Source of the DNA: a virus | DNA length: 64,000 bases | Direction: 5' to 3' (one strand) | UHGV virus genome: UHGV-0247568 | Shown here: positions 47,497-57,658 of the stretch, piece after piece | Position numbering within the stretch: position 1 is the first letter of the stretch | Layout: each line of letters opens with the position of its first letter | Program-made: the position numbers and the translations under genes | The notes under the pieces: generated by a model | The model's database searches: none | What the model saw: only the letters and a program-made list of their open reading frames with translations | Told to the model about the DNA's origin: nothing

Positions 47497-48105
47497 ATGG
47501 CAAAATTTACATTTATGTATGGAACTATGAAAAGCGGAAAAAGTATGGAGTTAATTAAAACTTATACAAATTATTTAGTAAAAGATCAAAAACCATTGGT
47601 GTTAAAAAGTGCAATTGATACACGTGACTCCAATACAGTTGCTACGCGACTAGGCTCTGCAATTACGTGTCAGTTATTAGGACAAAATCAAAATATTGCG
47701 GATTTTTTACAACAAGATAGCCGTAATAATCCTCCTGTTATTTTGATTGATGAAGCACAATTTTTAACAAAATCACAAGTTATCGAATGTGGTGTTCTAG
47801 TTGATACGCAAAATATTGATGTAATATGCTTTGGTTTGAAAACTGATTTTACTAATCATTTATTCGAAGGAAGTAAAGCTTTAATTGAAGAAGCTGATAA
47901 ATTGGTGGAAATTAAAACATTATGTGCTTTTTGTAATAAAAAAGCAACCCATAATTTATTAACTGAATTAAGAGAAGATGGTTATCGTTATGCTGTTGAT
48001 TCAGAAAATGTTGATGGAAATATTGTGATTGGTGATGAAGACTTTTTCCAATGCTGTAGAAAACATTATTATTTTTATGGAACTCAAACAAGGAAAGTGC
48101 AATAA
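47497..48105 (+). CDS. Thymidine kinase (TK1 family)
   Basis: 'GTMKSGKSMELI' P-loop, 'VILIDEAQF', C-terminal CxxC...CxxC zinc lasso. Confidence 0.8.
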   Translation: MAKFTFMYGTMKSGKSMELIKTYTNYLVKDQKPLVLKSAIDTRDSNTVATRLGSAITCQLLGQNQNIADFLQQDSRNNPPVILIDEAQFLTKSQVIECGVLVDTQNIDVICFGLKTDFTNHLFEGSKALIEEADKLVEIKTLCAFCNKKATHNLLTELREDGYRYAVDSENVDGNIVIGDEDFFQCCRKHYYFYGTQTRKVQ

Positions 48106-48106
48106 T

Positions 48107-48349
48107 ATGAAAATAGAAAAAGAGAAATTACAAAATATTGTTAAAAAATTAGAATATGAAGTTGAGTTTAATTCTCCAATTCCAGGAATAATCAATAATG
48201 AAAATATTATTATTGATTGGGAAGATATAATGGAAGATAACGAAGAAGATTTATGTGAAATTTGTGGTTGTGAACATATTGATTTGTGGGAAGCAGGTGC
48301 TTGTTGGTCTTCACATAATGACCCTGATTATGACCCATTCGACATTTAG
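48107..48349 (+). CDS. Hypothetical Cys-rich acidic protein (80 aa)
   Basis: ATG 48107 overlapping tk stop; 'CEICGCEH...ACW'. Confidence 0.35.
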   Translation: MKIEKEKLQNIVKKLEYEVEFNSPIPGIINNENIIIDWEDIMEDNEEDLCEICGCEHIDLWEAGACWSSHNDPDYDPFDI

Positions 48350-48359
48350 GAGGAATATT

Positions 48360-48575
48360 ATGAAAGCATTAGTAATGCAAGTGCTAGGATTATTAGAAAG
48401 AATTGATGAAGATAATAAATATGTAATTTTTGATGAAATTGGTAGAATTGTTTCAGGAAATGAAAAATATCTATCTTTTAAAGTCGATTATCATATTAAT
48501 TTTCCTGATTATTATTCATTTGTATATGTAGATGATGATGGTAACTTGAAACAAGAAACCGGAATAGTTTATTAA
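48360..48575 (+). CDS. Hypothetical protein (72 aa)
   Basis: AGGAGGAATATT RBS before ATG 48360. Confidence 0.4.
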   Translation: MKALVMQVLGLLERIDEDNKYVIFDEIGRIVSGNEKYLSFKVDYHINFPDYYSFVYVDDDGNLKQETGIVY

Positions 48576-48676
48576 AAAAATGTAAAAAAACTGTTTACAA
48601 ACAGATCTGCTTAGTGTATAATATATTTATAGTTAATAAACAAACTAAAATATTTTAACAAGAAAGAGGTAGTATT

Positions 48677-48865
48677 ATGTTAGAAACAGTTGAAGAGATC
48701 GTAGAATATTTATGGAAAAAGGTTGATCAATACGAAAAAGAAATTGAAGTTATTAAAAAGAAAATTTCTGTTTCGGGTGAAAACGAAAAAGATTTAGCAA
48801 ATCTAAAAGGTTATCAATGGATTTTAGTTGACACGATGGAATTAATTTCGTCAATTAAAAAATAA
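48677..48865 (+). CDS. Hypothetical protein
   Basis: 62 aa; promoter cassette 48586-48625. Confidence 0.4.
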   Translation: MLETVEEIVEYLWKKVDQYEKEIEVIKKKISVSGENEKDLANLKGYQWILVDTMELISSIKK

Positions 48866-48879
48866 TATTTTTAGAAAAA

Positions 48880-48915
48880 AGACTGTTTACAAAACAGTCT
48901 TTTTTTGATATAATA
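48880..48915 (+). promoter_or_regulatory. Terminator-promoter cassette: hairpin agactgTTTACAaaacagtct + T7 + TGATATAAT (DNA polymerase promoter)
   Basis: Perfect 8-bp stem enclosing the -35 hexamer. Confidence 0.65.
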
Positions 48916-48947
48916 TAAATATAAATTAATAGAAAAGAGGTAGATTA

Positions 48948-51900
48948 ATGAGCTGGCACAATGGTTGGTTTAGTATCCATAATCATTCACATTTTAGCAA
49001 TTTTCGTTTAAGAGATGCGACAAACTCACCACAGGATATTTTAAAAGTCGCTAATAACAAAGGGTTGAAAGGAATTGTATTATCAGACCACGAAACGATA
49101 GCTGGTGCACCAGTATTTCTAGACGCTGCGAAAAAAATGAAAGAAAAAGGCGAATTACCAGAAGATTTTGTAGCGGCAATTGGAAATGAAGCATATTTAA
49201 TTGATCGTAAATATGAGGAACCAATGAAAAATCAAGAAAAAGTTAAATATTTTCATTTTTTAATGGTTGCAAAAAATCAACGTGGTTTTGAATTTTTGAA
49301 AAAACAAACAGCTAAAGCGTGGGAAAACAGCACGTATTCAAGAGGTATGGAACGTGTTCCAACGTTTAAAGATGAATTAGCTGAACTAATGAAAGAATAT
49401 AAAGGCGATGTAATTGCGTCAACTGCATGTATTGGTGGAGAATTGCCACAATTAGTTCTTAAATTAGAAAAAGCAGAACAAGAAGCAGATGCAATGCGAA
49501 TTGGAGTAATAAAAATAGAGATTCATTATTTTATTGAATTTTTAGTTAATACTTTTGGACATGATAATGTATTTTTTGAATTACAACCGTCAAAACAAGA
49601 TGAACAATTGATTGTTAATAAATGGTTACCAAAAATTGCAGAAGAATATAACATTAAATGTATTGTTACAACAGATGCGCATTATCTTACATTAGAGCAG
49701 CAAGAATTTCATAAACAATATTTACAAGCTTCAGAAGGTGAACGTGAAGTAGAATCTTTTTATGCAACAACATATATTTTCTCATATGATGAACTGTTAG
49801 AATATTTTGATGAAGAATTATTAAATGAATTGTGTAAAAACACATTGATTATTAGAGATATGGTTAATAACGAATTAAAATATAAACATGAAACAGTTAT
49901 TCCACGATCTCATATTCCACATTTCGAACAAGATGAAAGTGTTATGCAAAAAATTGATGAAGCAAAATATCCGAATATTTATAAAATGATGAGATCTTCA
50001 GTTATTGAAGATAGATATTATCATTTTAAAGTTATGAAAGGATTCGTTGAAAAGGAACAAGAATTTAATGAAGAAAATTTAAGTAGGATTGATTTAGAAT
50101 ATGGTGAGCTTCAAGCAATTAGTGAACAATTAAATCAACCAATGACTTCATATTTCTTAGCAATGACAGAATTTGTTGATATTATGTGGGAATATTCATT
50201 AGTTGGTGTTGGCCGTGGTTCTGCAGTATGTTATTATACAAATTATTTATTAGATATTGTTCAATTAAATCCAATTAAATATGATTTACCATATTGGAGA
50301 TTTTTATCTCGTGAATATGTTGGAGAATTTCCAGATATTGACGTTGATGCTCAAGGTAGTGAACGTGCAAATATTATTGAAGGTGTAAAAGAAAAATTTG
50401 GACATGAAAATGTGTTAAATATTGGAACTTACACAACTGAGGGACCTCGAGCAGCATCATTAACCGCATGTCGTGCATTCGGTTTAGATCCGGATACAGC
50501 ACAAAATATCACAAATGCAATTCCGAGTGACAAGGGGTTCGCTTGGCCATTACAAGACGCATTTTTCGGAAATGAAAAAGAACACAGAAAACCAGATAAG
50601 CAATTTATTTATATGGTAAATGAATATCCAGGACTGCAGGAGTTAATGTTACAATCTCAAGGTTTAGTAAGTGGACGTGGACAACATGCTTCAGGTGTTG
50701 TTGTTTTTCCAGACGGATATACTTCTTTAAACACAATGATGAAGACAAGTAAAGGGTTGCCAATCACTCAGTGGGATGCACATACAACTGAGGTCGCTGG
50801 TGGAATTAAATATGACTTTTTATCAATTAATGCACTAGATAGAATTAGAGCCGCAATTGATATGTTGTTAAAAGATGGTAAAATTGAATGGCAAGGATCA
50901 TTACAAAAAACTTTCAATAAATATTTTCACCCAGACGTTTTAGATATGGAAAGTCAAGAAATGTTTGATATGCTATTTAATGGAGAAATTATTTCAGCTT
51001 TTCAGTTTGAAGCAAAAACAGGTAGACAAGCATTAGAAAAAATTAATGCGCGTACGTTCGATCAATTAGTTGCTGCAAATTCATTAATGCGTTTATCTTC
51101 AGATGGAGAACAGCCAATTGATAAATACATTCGTTATAAAAATGATTTAAACGAATGGGAAAAAGATATGGACGAATATAATTTAACTGAAGATGAAAAA
51201 GCAGTTATGCACGAATTATTAGATAAAAAATTTGGTGTGTGTGAAGTTCAAGAATCAATTATGAAAATTGCAATGCATGAAAAAGTAGCAAAATATAATT
51301 TGAGAGAAGCAAAGGGATTACGTAAAGCTTCAGCGAAAAAAGACCCAACAATTCAAGTTAAACAAAAAGAATTATTCTTTAAAAAAGGTAGAGAAAATGG
51401 AACTAGTGATAATTTATTAAATTATATTTGGAATGAATGTTATGTTCCAACATTTGGTTATTCATTTTCAGAACCTCACGTAGCAGCATATACAATGATT
51501 TTAATGATTGAAATGAATATTGCTTATAGATATGGGGTTCATTATTGGAAAGCAGCATGTTTGAATGTTGATGCGGGAATTATCGGAGAACTTGAAGCGG
51601 GGACAAAATACGGTAAAGTCGCAAAAGCATTATCAAATTTCCGAGAAGATGTTATTCCACCGTCAGTTAATAAAAGCGATATTGGTTTTACACCGGATCA
51701 AAATACAGGCAAAATTATGTATGGATTAAAACCAATTGTTGGTATGAATAGTAAATTAGCAAAACAAATTATTGAAGGTCGTCCATATAAAAATATGCAA
51801 CATTTTATTGATCATAATGTTATAAATGGTGATTTAACAAATACAAAAATGGTAACATTAATTAAAAGTGGATTATTTGATGAATTATATCCAAATAGGA

Positions 51901-52814
51901 AACAATTAATGGTAAATTTTGTTATGTATGCAGAACCATTTAAACAAAAATTGTCAACTTCAGTGATTCCAAAAATTGCACATTTAATTCCAGATAAATA
52001 TAAAGATGCAAAAGAAGCATATTTCTTTTTGAAAGAAATTAAAAGTAAAAAAGTTCATGATGAATATACGGAATATTTCTTTAATAATTTTAAAGAAGAT
52101 TGTGATAAAAAAGTAACTAAAAAATATCCAGAATCATATACCTATAATGATAATGGGAATTTTATAATTGAAATTAAAGTTTTAGAAAAAGTTGTAAAAG
52201 ATAGAATGGAAAAATTAAAAGAATGGTTACAAACAGAAGACGCACTAAAAGCTGAAGCTTCACTAAGAAGAAGTGTATATTGGCAAAAATATTGTTTAGG
52301 AACAATATCTCACTGGGAAATGGAATCAATCACATTCTATATTTCACAACATGAATTAGAAGAATATCCAATTCATTCATTTTTCGAATTATCTAATTTC
52401 AATGAATTACCGAGAGAGCCAGAAGTTGATGGTTGGAATAATGGACGTGGTGGTAAAAAATGGCCAAAATATAAAAGTCATGTAATTGCGGGAACGGTAA
52501 TTGACACACTTCCACAAAAAGGTATAGTTACTTTAATCACCAAAGACGGTGTTGTTGATGTTCGTGTTGGAAAAGGAAAATATCAATATTATAATAAAAA
52601 GATCATGATTGGACAAGGTAAAGAACGTGTTAATATTGATGATACATGGTGGAAACGCGGAAATATGGTAGTTGTTGTTGGTTACCGTAGAGAAAATGAT
52701 TTTTATGCTAATGCAAAAAATAGTGCATATCAACATTCAGTTATGTTAATTAAAGGACATGATGGAGAAAAAATATTTTTACAACAAGAAAAGAAAAAAG
52801 TTGAAGAAGATTAA
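48948..52814 (+). CDS. DNA polymerase III alpha-type (family C, PHP domain) replicative polymerase
   Basis: 1288 aa. N-terminal PHP 'SIHNHSHFSNFRLRDA...IVLSDHETIAG'. Size and layout of DnaE/PolC catalytic subunit. Confidence 0.65.
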   Translation: MSWHNGWFSIHNHSHFSNFRLRDATNSPQDILKVANNKGLKGIVLSDHETIAGAPVFLDAAKKMKEKGELPEDFVAAIGNEAYLIDRKYEEPMKNQEKVKYFHFLMVAKNQRGFEFLKKQTAKAWENSTYSRGMERVPTFKDELAELMKEYKGDVIASTACIGGELPQLVLKLEKAEQEADAMRIGVIKIEIHYFIEFLVNTFGHDNVFFELQPSKQDEQLIVNKWLPKIAEEYNIKCIVTTDAHYLTLEQQEFHKQYLQASEGEREVESFYATTYIFSYDELLEYFDEELLNELCKNTLIIRDMVNNELKYKHETVIPRSHIPHFEQDESVMQKIDEAKYPNIYKMMRSSVIEDRYYHFKVMKGFVEKEQEFNEENLSRIDLEYGELQAISEQLNQPMTSYFLAMTEFVDIMWEYSLVGVGRGSAVCYYTNYLLDIVQLNPIKYDLPYWRFLSREYVGEFPDIDVDAQGSERANIIEGVKEKFGHENVLNIGTYTTEGPRAASLTACRAFGLDPDTAQNITNAIPSDKGFAWPLQDAFFGNEKEHRKPDKQFIYMVNEYPGLQELMLQSQGLVSGRGQHASGVVVFPDGYTSLNTMMKTSKGLPITQWDAHTTEVAGGIKYDFLSINALDRIRAAIDMLLKDGKIEWQGSLQKTFNKYFHPDVLDMESQEMFDMLFNGEIISAFQFEAKTGRQALEKINARTFDQLVAANSLMRLSSDGEQPIDKYIRYKNDLNEWEKDMDEYNLTEDEKAVMHELLDKKFGVCEVQESIMKIAMHEKVAKYNLREAKGLRKASAKKDPTIQVKQKELFFKKGRENGTSDNLLNYIWNECYVPTFGYSFSEPHVAAYTMILMIEMNIAYRYGVHYWKAACLNVDAGIIGELEAGTKYGKVAKALSNFREDVIPPSVNKSDIGFTPDQNTGKIMYGLKPIVGMNSKLAKQIIEGRPYKNMQHFIDHNVINGDLTNTKMVTLIKSGLFDELYPNRKQLMVNFVMYAEPFKQKLSTSVIPKIAHLIPDKYKDAKEAYFFLKEIKSKKVHDEYTEYFFNNFKEDCDKKVTKKYPESYTYNDNGNFIIEIKVLEKVVKDRMEKLKEWLQTEDALKAEASLRRSVYWQKYCLGTISHWEMESITFYISQHELEEYPIHSFFELSNFNELPREPEVDGWNNGRGGKKWPKYKSHVIAGTVIDTLPQKGIVTLITKDGVVDVRVGKGKYQYYNKKIMIGQGKERVNIDDTWWKRGNMVVVVGYRRENDFYANAKNSAYQHSVMLIKGHDGEKIFLQQEKKKVEED

Positions 52815-52851
52815 GAGAAGTGTTTACACTTCTCTTTCTTTTTGATATAAT
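52814..52851 (+). promoter_or_regulatory. Terminator-promoter cassette (agagaagtgTTTACActtctct + T-tract + TGATATAAT)
   Basis: Same architecture as other cassettes. Confidence 0.6.
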
Positions 52852-52883
52852 ATAAATATAAAATTAAAGAAAGAGGTTATGAA

Positions 52884-53138
52884 ATGGATAAATCATTAAA
52901 TGAGCAAGTGTGTAAAGCTAAAGAAGCATATGAGCACGCTTTAAATAATGTTGTCACAAAAGAAAGATTGATTGCTGATATGGAGTTAGAAATGAATAAA
53001 CTAGCGGCACATATGCAGAAGTTAACAATTGAAAAAAGAAAAGAAGAACAATTGTTATTATTGGACTCAGCTGATAGCGAACGTTATAGAAATAAATTAG
53101 AAGAATTAAAAGATAAAATTTTTGAGGAGATGTTTTAA
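52884..53138 (+). CDS. Hypothetical coiled-coil protein
   Basis: 84 aa. Confidence 0.4.
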   Translation: MDKSLNEQVCKAKEAYEHALNNVVTKERLIADMELEMNKLAAHMQKLTIEKRKEEQLLLLDSADSERYRNKLEELKDKIFEEMF

Positions 53139-53410
53139 TGGACAATAAAAAAGTTGCATTAATCTTATTCAAAGCTAAAAATAATTTATCAAAAGATGAA
53201 TTATTTGCTTTAGGATATTTATTAGGACATGTTGATGGCGCTGTTGGAGCCGCAAAATCTATTAATAATTTATCAACAGAAGATGCTCAAGAATTAGCAG
53301 ACGATATTTTTGATTTAGAACGCTTAGAGCGCGATTGGAATACGCTAGTTGAAAAATTAAATATTAAAGCTCGTGGTTTTGATGAAATTGTTATGACATT
53401 TAAACAATAA
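53138..53410 (+). CDS. Hypothetical protein (paralog of 54521..54799)
   Basis: 90 aa; shared pattern 'LS.DELFALGYLLG...S...LSTEDAQEL...W..L'. Confidence 0.4.
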   Translation: MDNKKVALILFKAKNNLSKDELFALGYLLGHVDGAVGAAKSINNLSTEDAQELADDIFDLERLERDWNTLVEKLNIKARGFDEIVMTFKQ

Positions 53411-53411
53411 A

Positions 53412-53439
53412 GAGGTGATTCGTTCACCTTTTTATTTTC
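53412..53439 (+). terminator. Rho-independent terminator
   Basis: aggtgattcgttcacct + TTTTATTTT. Confidence 0.65.
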
Positions 53440-53715
53440 TCAATTAAAAGTAAAAATTTGATAAAAAATGGGAATGATGGTTTACAAACACTTTTTCTCT
53501 TGATATAATATAAATACCCGCGATAAAGAATATAAAAAGAAAATGAACAACTCGGAAACTTCCATGAAGTTTACGAAGGTGCAACGTTCCGTTGCAACCT
53601 TACTTAGCGAAAATTATGCAAACTTTTTGCATTTTACTGTTTACATATTTCTCAATATAGTATATAATAAATATATAATAAATAAACAAAACAAAAACAG
53701 AAAAGAGGAATTTAA

Positions 53716-53907
53716 ATGATTAAAGTAGAAAATTGGACATATGAACGTGGTATGCAACGTATTAAATGGTGGAAAGAAGAAGGACATGAAGTAAAAACAG
53801 TTGTTCACTCGGATCGAATCCACATTTATCGTAATGAAAAATACGTTGGTACGATGGATAAGAAAAATGGCTCACATAGTTATCAACTAAAACAAACATT
53901 GAACTAG
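53716..53907 (+). CDS. Hypothetical protein
   Basis: 63 aa. Confidence 0.4.
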   Translation: MIKVENWTYERGMQRIKWWKEEGHEVKTVVHSDRIHIYRNEKYVGTMDKKNGSHSYQLKQTLN

Positions 53908-53918
53908 GAGGAACTTAG

Positions 53919-54215
53919 ATGTCATATTATGATTATATATATAAACAGAAGGAGATAGACAGAATAGTCGATCAACTACAATTATTAGATTTAACACTTA
54001 GTTGGTCGACTGATAATAAAGATTTAGGTTATGCGACATTAATTATTGAGACAAATGATTTTAGAATGTGCGTGAATGTTGATTATTTTACTTATATTGG
54101 TAAAGATCTTAAAAGCCGTGAAGTAAGAAATAAGATCATTGATTACAGTATTAATAAATTTAAGAAAGCATATGTAAAATATAAATATAATTTAAAAGAA
54201 CTAGGAGGACTATAA
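53919..54215 (+). CDS. Hypothetical protein
   Basis: 98 aa, RBS AGGAGGAA. Confidence 0.4.
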   Translation: MSYYDYIYKQKEIDRIVDQLQLLDLTLSWSTDNKDLGYATLIIETNDFRMCVNVDYFTYIGKDLKSREVRNKIIDYSINKFKKAYVKYKYNLKELGGL

Positions 54216-54216
54216 T

Positions 54217-54504
54217 ATGAAATTTGAAAAAGGTAAGTTATATATTGTTCGTGAAGACGAAAATAATTATATTTTCAAAGTAAAAAATGAACCAAATCCT
54301 GGTCACATTATCGCTGAAAATGCAGTGCGTATTGATAAAGTTTTTGGACAAGAGCAAATTTTAGTGTTTTTACATGATAATGAAATGCTAATGCAGCTTT
54401 TTAACAATAGCGCAGAAGAAGTTACTGATGATTATGAAAAAGAAAAATATTATGATTTAATCAATATGCATACACAAATGTATAATACAAATTTAGGAAG
54501 ATAA
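54217..54504 (+). CDS. Hypothetical protein
   Basis: 95 aa. Confidence 0.4.
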   Translation: MKFEKGKLYIVREDENNYIFKVKNEPNPGHIIAENAVRIDKVFGQEQILVFLHDNEMLMQLFNNSAEEVTDDYEKEKYYDLINMHTQMYNTNLGR

Positions 54505-54520
54505 TATAGGAGGAATTAAA

Positions 54521-54799
54521 ATGGAGCAAAATAATAAAGAAGTAATAGAAGAATTACAGAAAATTATTAATAAATTATATAGTGAAGAAATTTATGCTAT
54601 AGCTTTTTTACAAGGAGCGATTAGTGGATCATTACAATCAATTAAAATATTAGAAAATTTAACAGATGAACAATTAGAAATTACAAGAAATAATATTTTT
54701 ACTGATGAATATTTAGAAAACAAATGGAAAGAACTTAATGATAAATATCAACTTGAATTACGTCCTTTTTCTAAAATAGCTGAAATTATTGGTGAATAA
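54521..54799 (+). CDS. Hypothetical protein (paralog of 53138..53410)
   Basis: 92 aa. Confidence 0.4.
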   Translation: MEQNNKEVIEELQKIINKLYSEEIYAIAFLQGAISGSLQSIKILENLTDEQLEITRNNIFTDEYLENKWKELNDKYQLELRPFSKIAEIIGE

Positions 54800-54862
54800 C
54801 TATTTACAGTTATATAAGTTTATGATATAATATAAACATAAATAAAGAAAGAGAGTGATTAT

Positions 54863-55084
54863 ATGAGATTTGATGAAGCATTTGCAACAGTATCAAAACA
54901 TAAAAATGTTTACATGGCTTTACCAATGTGGAGTGACGACGTAAAAGTATTTTGTCAATTTCCAGATGAAAAAAGTAAAATGTCACATAAATATTTATAT
55001 GTTGAATCGCGTTTTGGCCGCGTGCCTTGGATGCCAACGCAAGTTGAATTATTTAGTAATGATTGGAAAGTGAGAGGTATTTAG
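54863..55084 (+). CDS. Hypothetical protein
   Basis: 73 aa. Confidence 0.4.
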   Translation: MRFDEAFATVSKHKNVYMALPMWSDDVKVFCQFPDEKSKMSHKYLYVESRFGRVPWMPTQVELFSNDWKVRGI

Positions 55085-55780
55085 ATGGAAAGAAAATTTG
55101 AAAAAGTAAGTGGATATGAAGATGTAAATATCCCATTAAGAGCAACACGTTTTTCAGCTGGTTACGATTTTGAAGCGGCTGAAGATATTACAATTCCTTC
55201 GTTAGTGATTGGAATTGATCAATACGCAGAAAATATTAAACGAAAAATTGATGCGACAGATGATGTGCCTATCACTGAAGATCAATATGAAAAACTTAAT
55301 AATATTAATAGTAAATTTGAAGATAATTCAATTTACACTCAAGCTGATGAAAAAAATTATTTAGACGTATTAACAATTATGAATGATATTTTAGATGAAG
55401 ACGTAGATACGGTTTTAGACCATTTGAATCAATTTAAAAATACATTCAAACCAACTTTAGTTCCAACTGGTATTAAAGCAAAAATGCCAAGTGATGAAAT
55501 GTTGTTATTATATAATCGTTCTTCAAATCCATTAAAACGTTTCTTGTTTTTAGCAAATGGTGTTGGAGTTATTGATAGTGATTATTATAATAATGAAGGA
55601 AATGAAGGACATATTATGTTCCAATTTATTAATTTAGGCCCCACACCGATCACTATTAAAAAAGGTGAACGAATTGGCCAAGGAATTTTCCAAAAATTCT
55701 TATTAACGACAGATGTTGAAATTACACAAGATGTTGAACGAACTGGTGGTTTTGGCTCAACTAATAAGGAGGAACAATAA
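55085..55780 (+). CDS. dUTPase-family enzyme with ~80-aa insertion between motifs (candidate dCTPase/dUTPase)
   Basis: 'SAGYDFEA', 'IDSDYYNNEGNEG', 'GERIGQGIF', 'RTGGFGSTN' dUTPase motifs I, III-V; long inserted helical segment. Confidence 0.6.
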   Translation: MERKFEKVSGYEDVNIPLRATRFSAGYDFEAAEDITIPSLVIGIDQYAENIKRKIDATDDVPITEDQYEKLNNINSKFEDNSIYTQADEKNYLDVLTIMNDILDEDVDTVLDHLNQFKNTFKPTLVPTGIKAKMPSDEMLLLYNRSSNPLKRFLFLANGVGVIDSDYYNNEGNEGHIMFQFINLGPTPITIKKGERIGQGIFQKFLLTTDVEITQDVERTGGFGSTNKEEQ

Positions 55781-56073
55781 TGGAACGTAAAGTTATTCAT
55801 GTGTTTTATGATAAAAATCATACGACAGACTTAGCTGTTTTGAATGTTATTGAAGAAATTGAAAGCAAATTTGATTCAAAATTAAATTTAATTATTCAAC
55901 CATTAGAAGTTGAGCAAGATATTGTTATGACGAACGCATATGGTATTCCTTTATCTTTTGAAGGTGTTTATATTATTGTTTTAGATAAAGATAATAATCA
56001 AGAACAATGTATTCATGCAAAAACAAAAATTCAGGCTTTATCAAAATTGAAAGGAACGAGCGTTTATAAATGA
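55780..56073 (+). CDS. Hypothetical protein
   Basis: 97 aa. Confidence 0.35.
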   Translation: MERKVIHVFYDKNHTTDLAVLNVIEEIESKFDSKLNLIIQPLEVEQDIVMTNAYGIPLSFEGVYIIVLDKDNNQEQCIHAKTKIQALSKLKGTSVYK

Positions 56074-56693
56074 AATTAACTAAACCAATATTTGTTCTTG
56101 CTGGAAAAACACTTTCTGGCAAGACAACATTATTAAATTATTTACTTGACTATTGTCGTAAAACCGACCATAATAGAGTTCATAAAGTTGTCACTATCAC
56201 AACTCGCCCTAAGCGACCTGGTGAAATTGATGGTCAAGATTATTTTTTCATCACTAATGAACAATTTGACCAAATGAAAAAAGATGGTAAAATTATTGCT
56301 CCACGAGAATATAATGTTGCAACTGGAGAAGTATGGAAATATGGAATTGAAAAAGGTTTTGAAAATGAATATGAAATTCCAATTGTTGTAACAGATGTTC
56401 AAGGAATTAAAGATTTGAAAAAAGAATTTGGAGCACATAATGTAATTGTATTCTATAAAGAAATTCCACCAATTTTACAATTATCACGAATGATGAGACG
56501 AGAAGAAAATGATTTTCGTGAACAAGTGCGCCGTGTAATTGCAGATGAAAAAGATTTTGAAACAATTTGGGATTGGGCAGATTATATTTTAGACGACAAC
56601 GATAGTTTACAAAACGATGCAGAATTTATGATCGGCCAAATTGACTATGAAATTGACCAATTCAACAGTCCTTATCGAGGCTATTATATTTAA
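56070..56693 (+). CDS. Guanylate-kinase-family nucleoside monophosphate kinase
   Basis: 'LAGKTLSGKTT', 'ITTRPKRPGEIDGQDYFFI' guanylate kinase signature. Confidence 0.65.
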   Translation: MKLTKPIFVLAGKTLSGKTTLLNYLLDYCRKTDHNRVHKVVTITTRPKRPGEIDGQDYFFITNEQFDQMKKDGKIIAPREYNVATGEVWKYGIEKGFENEYEIPIVVTDVQGIKDLKKEFGAHNVIVFYKEIPPILQLSRMMRREENDFREQVRRVIADEKDFETIWDWADYILDDNDSLQNDAEFMIGQIDYEIDQFNSPYRGYYI

Positions 56694-57268
56694 TGACCAA
56701 ATCAATTAAGGTAGTTCTGCCAATTCCACCATCAGTTAATGGATATTTATATGCGAAAATGATTCGTGTTGGAGGAAGAATGATTGGTAGATTGGCAGAA
56801 ACTATCGAGTCTAAAGAATATAAGGCTCATGTGATTAACATTATTAAGAAAAGAATGAAAGAAGAAAATTGGGAAGCTCCAAAATCAGGTAAATTTTTAA
56901 ATGTTAAAGTGGATTATTTTTTCCCACGGAAAAGAATGGACCCTTCAAATTATGTTAAAATTCCATATGATGCATTTACAGCAGCTGGATTATGGAACGA
57001 TGATGATATGGCCAAGCCTCAAACTGGTATGGTTATAATTGATAAATTTGATCCTCGAATGGAATTTACAATTTATGAAAGTGAACAGATTGGTATTTTT
57101 CATTCAGAAAAAGATCGAAATAGATTTATTAATAAATATAGTGAACGAATGCCTAAAAGATCATTTGACGCACTAATGAAAAAATTAGATGAGGGACGCT
57201 TGACAGAAAAAGTTTATCTAAATAAAAATATGAAAGTAGAGATTAAAGATGAATTTCTTAAAAAATAA
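56693..57268 (+). CDS. RusA-like Holliday junction resolvase (N-terminal domain) with C-terminal extension
   Basis: 'PPSVNGYLY', 'MDPSNYVKIPYDAFTAAGLWNDDDM' match RusA catalytic Asp cluster. Confidence 0.55.
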   Translation: MTKSIKVVLPIPPSVNGYLYAKMIRVGGRMIGRLAETIESKEYKAHVINIIKKRMKEENWEAPKSGKFLNVKVDYFFPRKRMDPSNYVKIPYDAFTAAGLWNDDDMAKPQTGMVIIDKFDPRMEFTIYESEQIGIFHSEKDRNRFINKYSERMPKRSFDALMKKLDEGRLTEKVYLNKNMKVEIKDEFLKK

Positions 57269-57578
57269 TTTTAGAGAAGTAATATTAGTCGCTCTTTTAG
57301 CAATGTCTGCTTCTTTAATTATTAAAAATAATGATTTGGAAATGTCTGTTAAAACTTTAAAAGACAAAAATGAAACATATCAAAATGTTATTAAAACGGT
57401 GAATGAAAATAAACGTTTTGTTTCAGATTCAAAATATGGTAACCCAAATTGGCAAATAATTGGGCACGATTATTTTGATAAAAAATCAATGACAATTATA
57501 AAAGATAGTAAGAATAACACTGAATATATTGTTGTTGAAAATGATAAAGGATTGGGTATCACACAACGTATCAAATAG
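57249..57578 (+). CDS. Hypothetical membrane-anchored protein
   Basis: 109 aa, N-terminal TM. Confidence 0.4.
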   Translation: MNFLKNNFREVILVALLAMSASLIIKNNDLEMSVKTLKDKNETYQNVIKTVNENKRFVSDSKYGNPNWQIIGHDYFDKKSMTIIKDSKNNTEYIVVENDKGLGITQRIK

Positions 57579-57658
57579 TATTGTTTTACTATTTGATATA
57601 TCTGTGATATAATATAATTATAGAAGAGTTAGAAATTTATAGAAAGAAGGAAACTATA

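Noticed and set aside
53542-53716. 58-codon ORF starting at ATG 53542
   Set aside because: It reads straight through a complete promoter cassette (-35/-10) and the AT-rich leader; coding is unlikely beyond the first ~25 codons.
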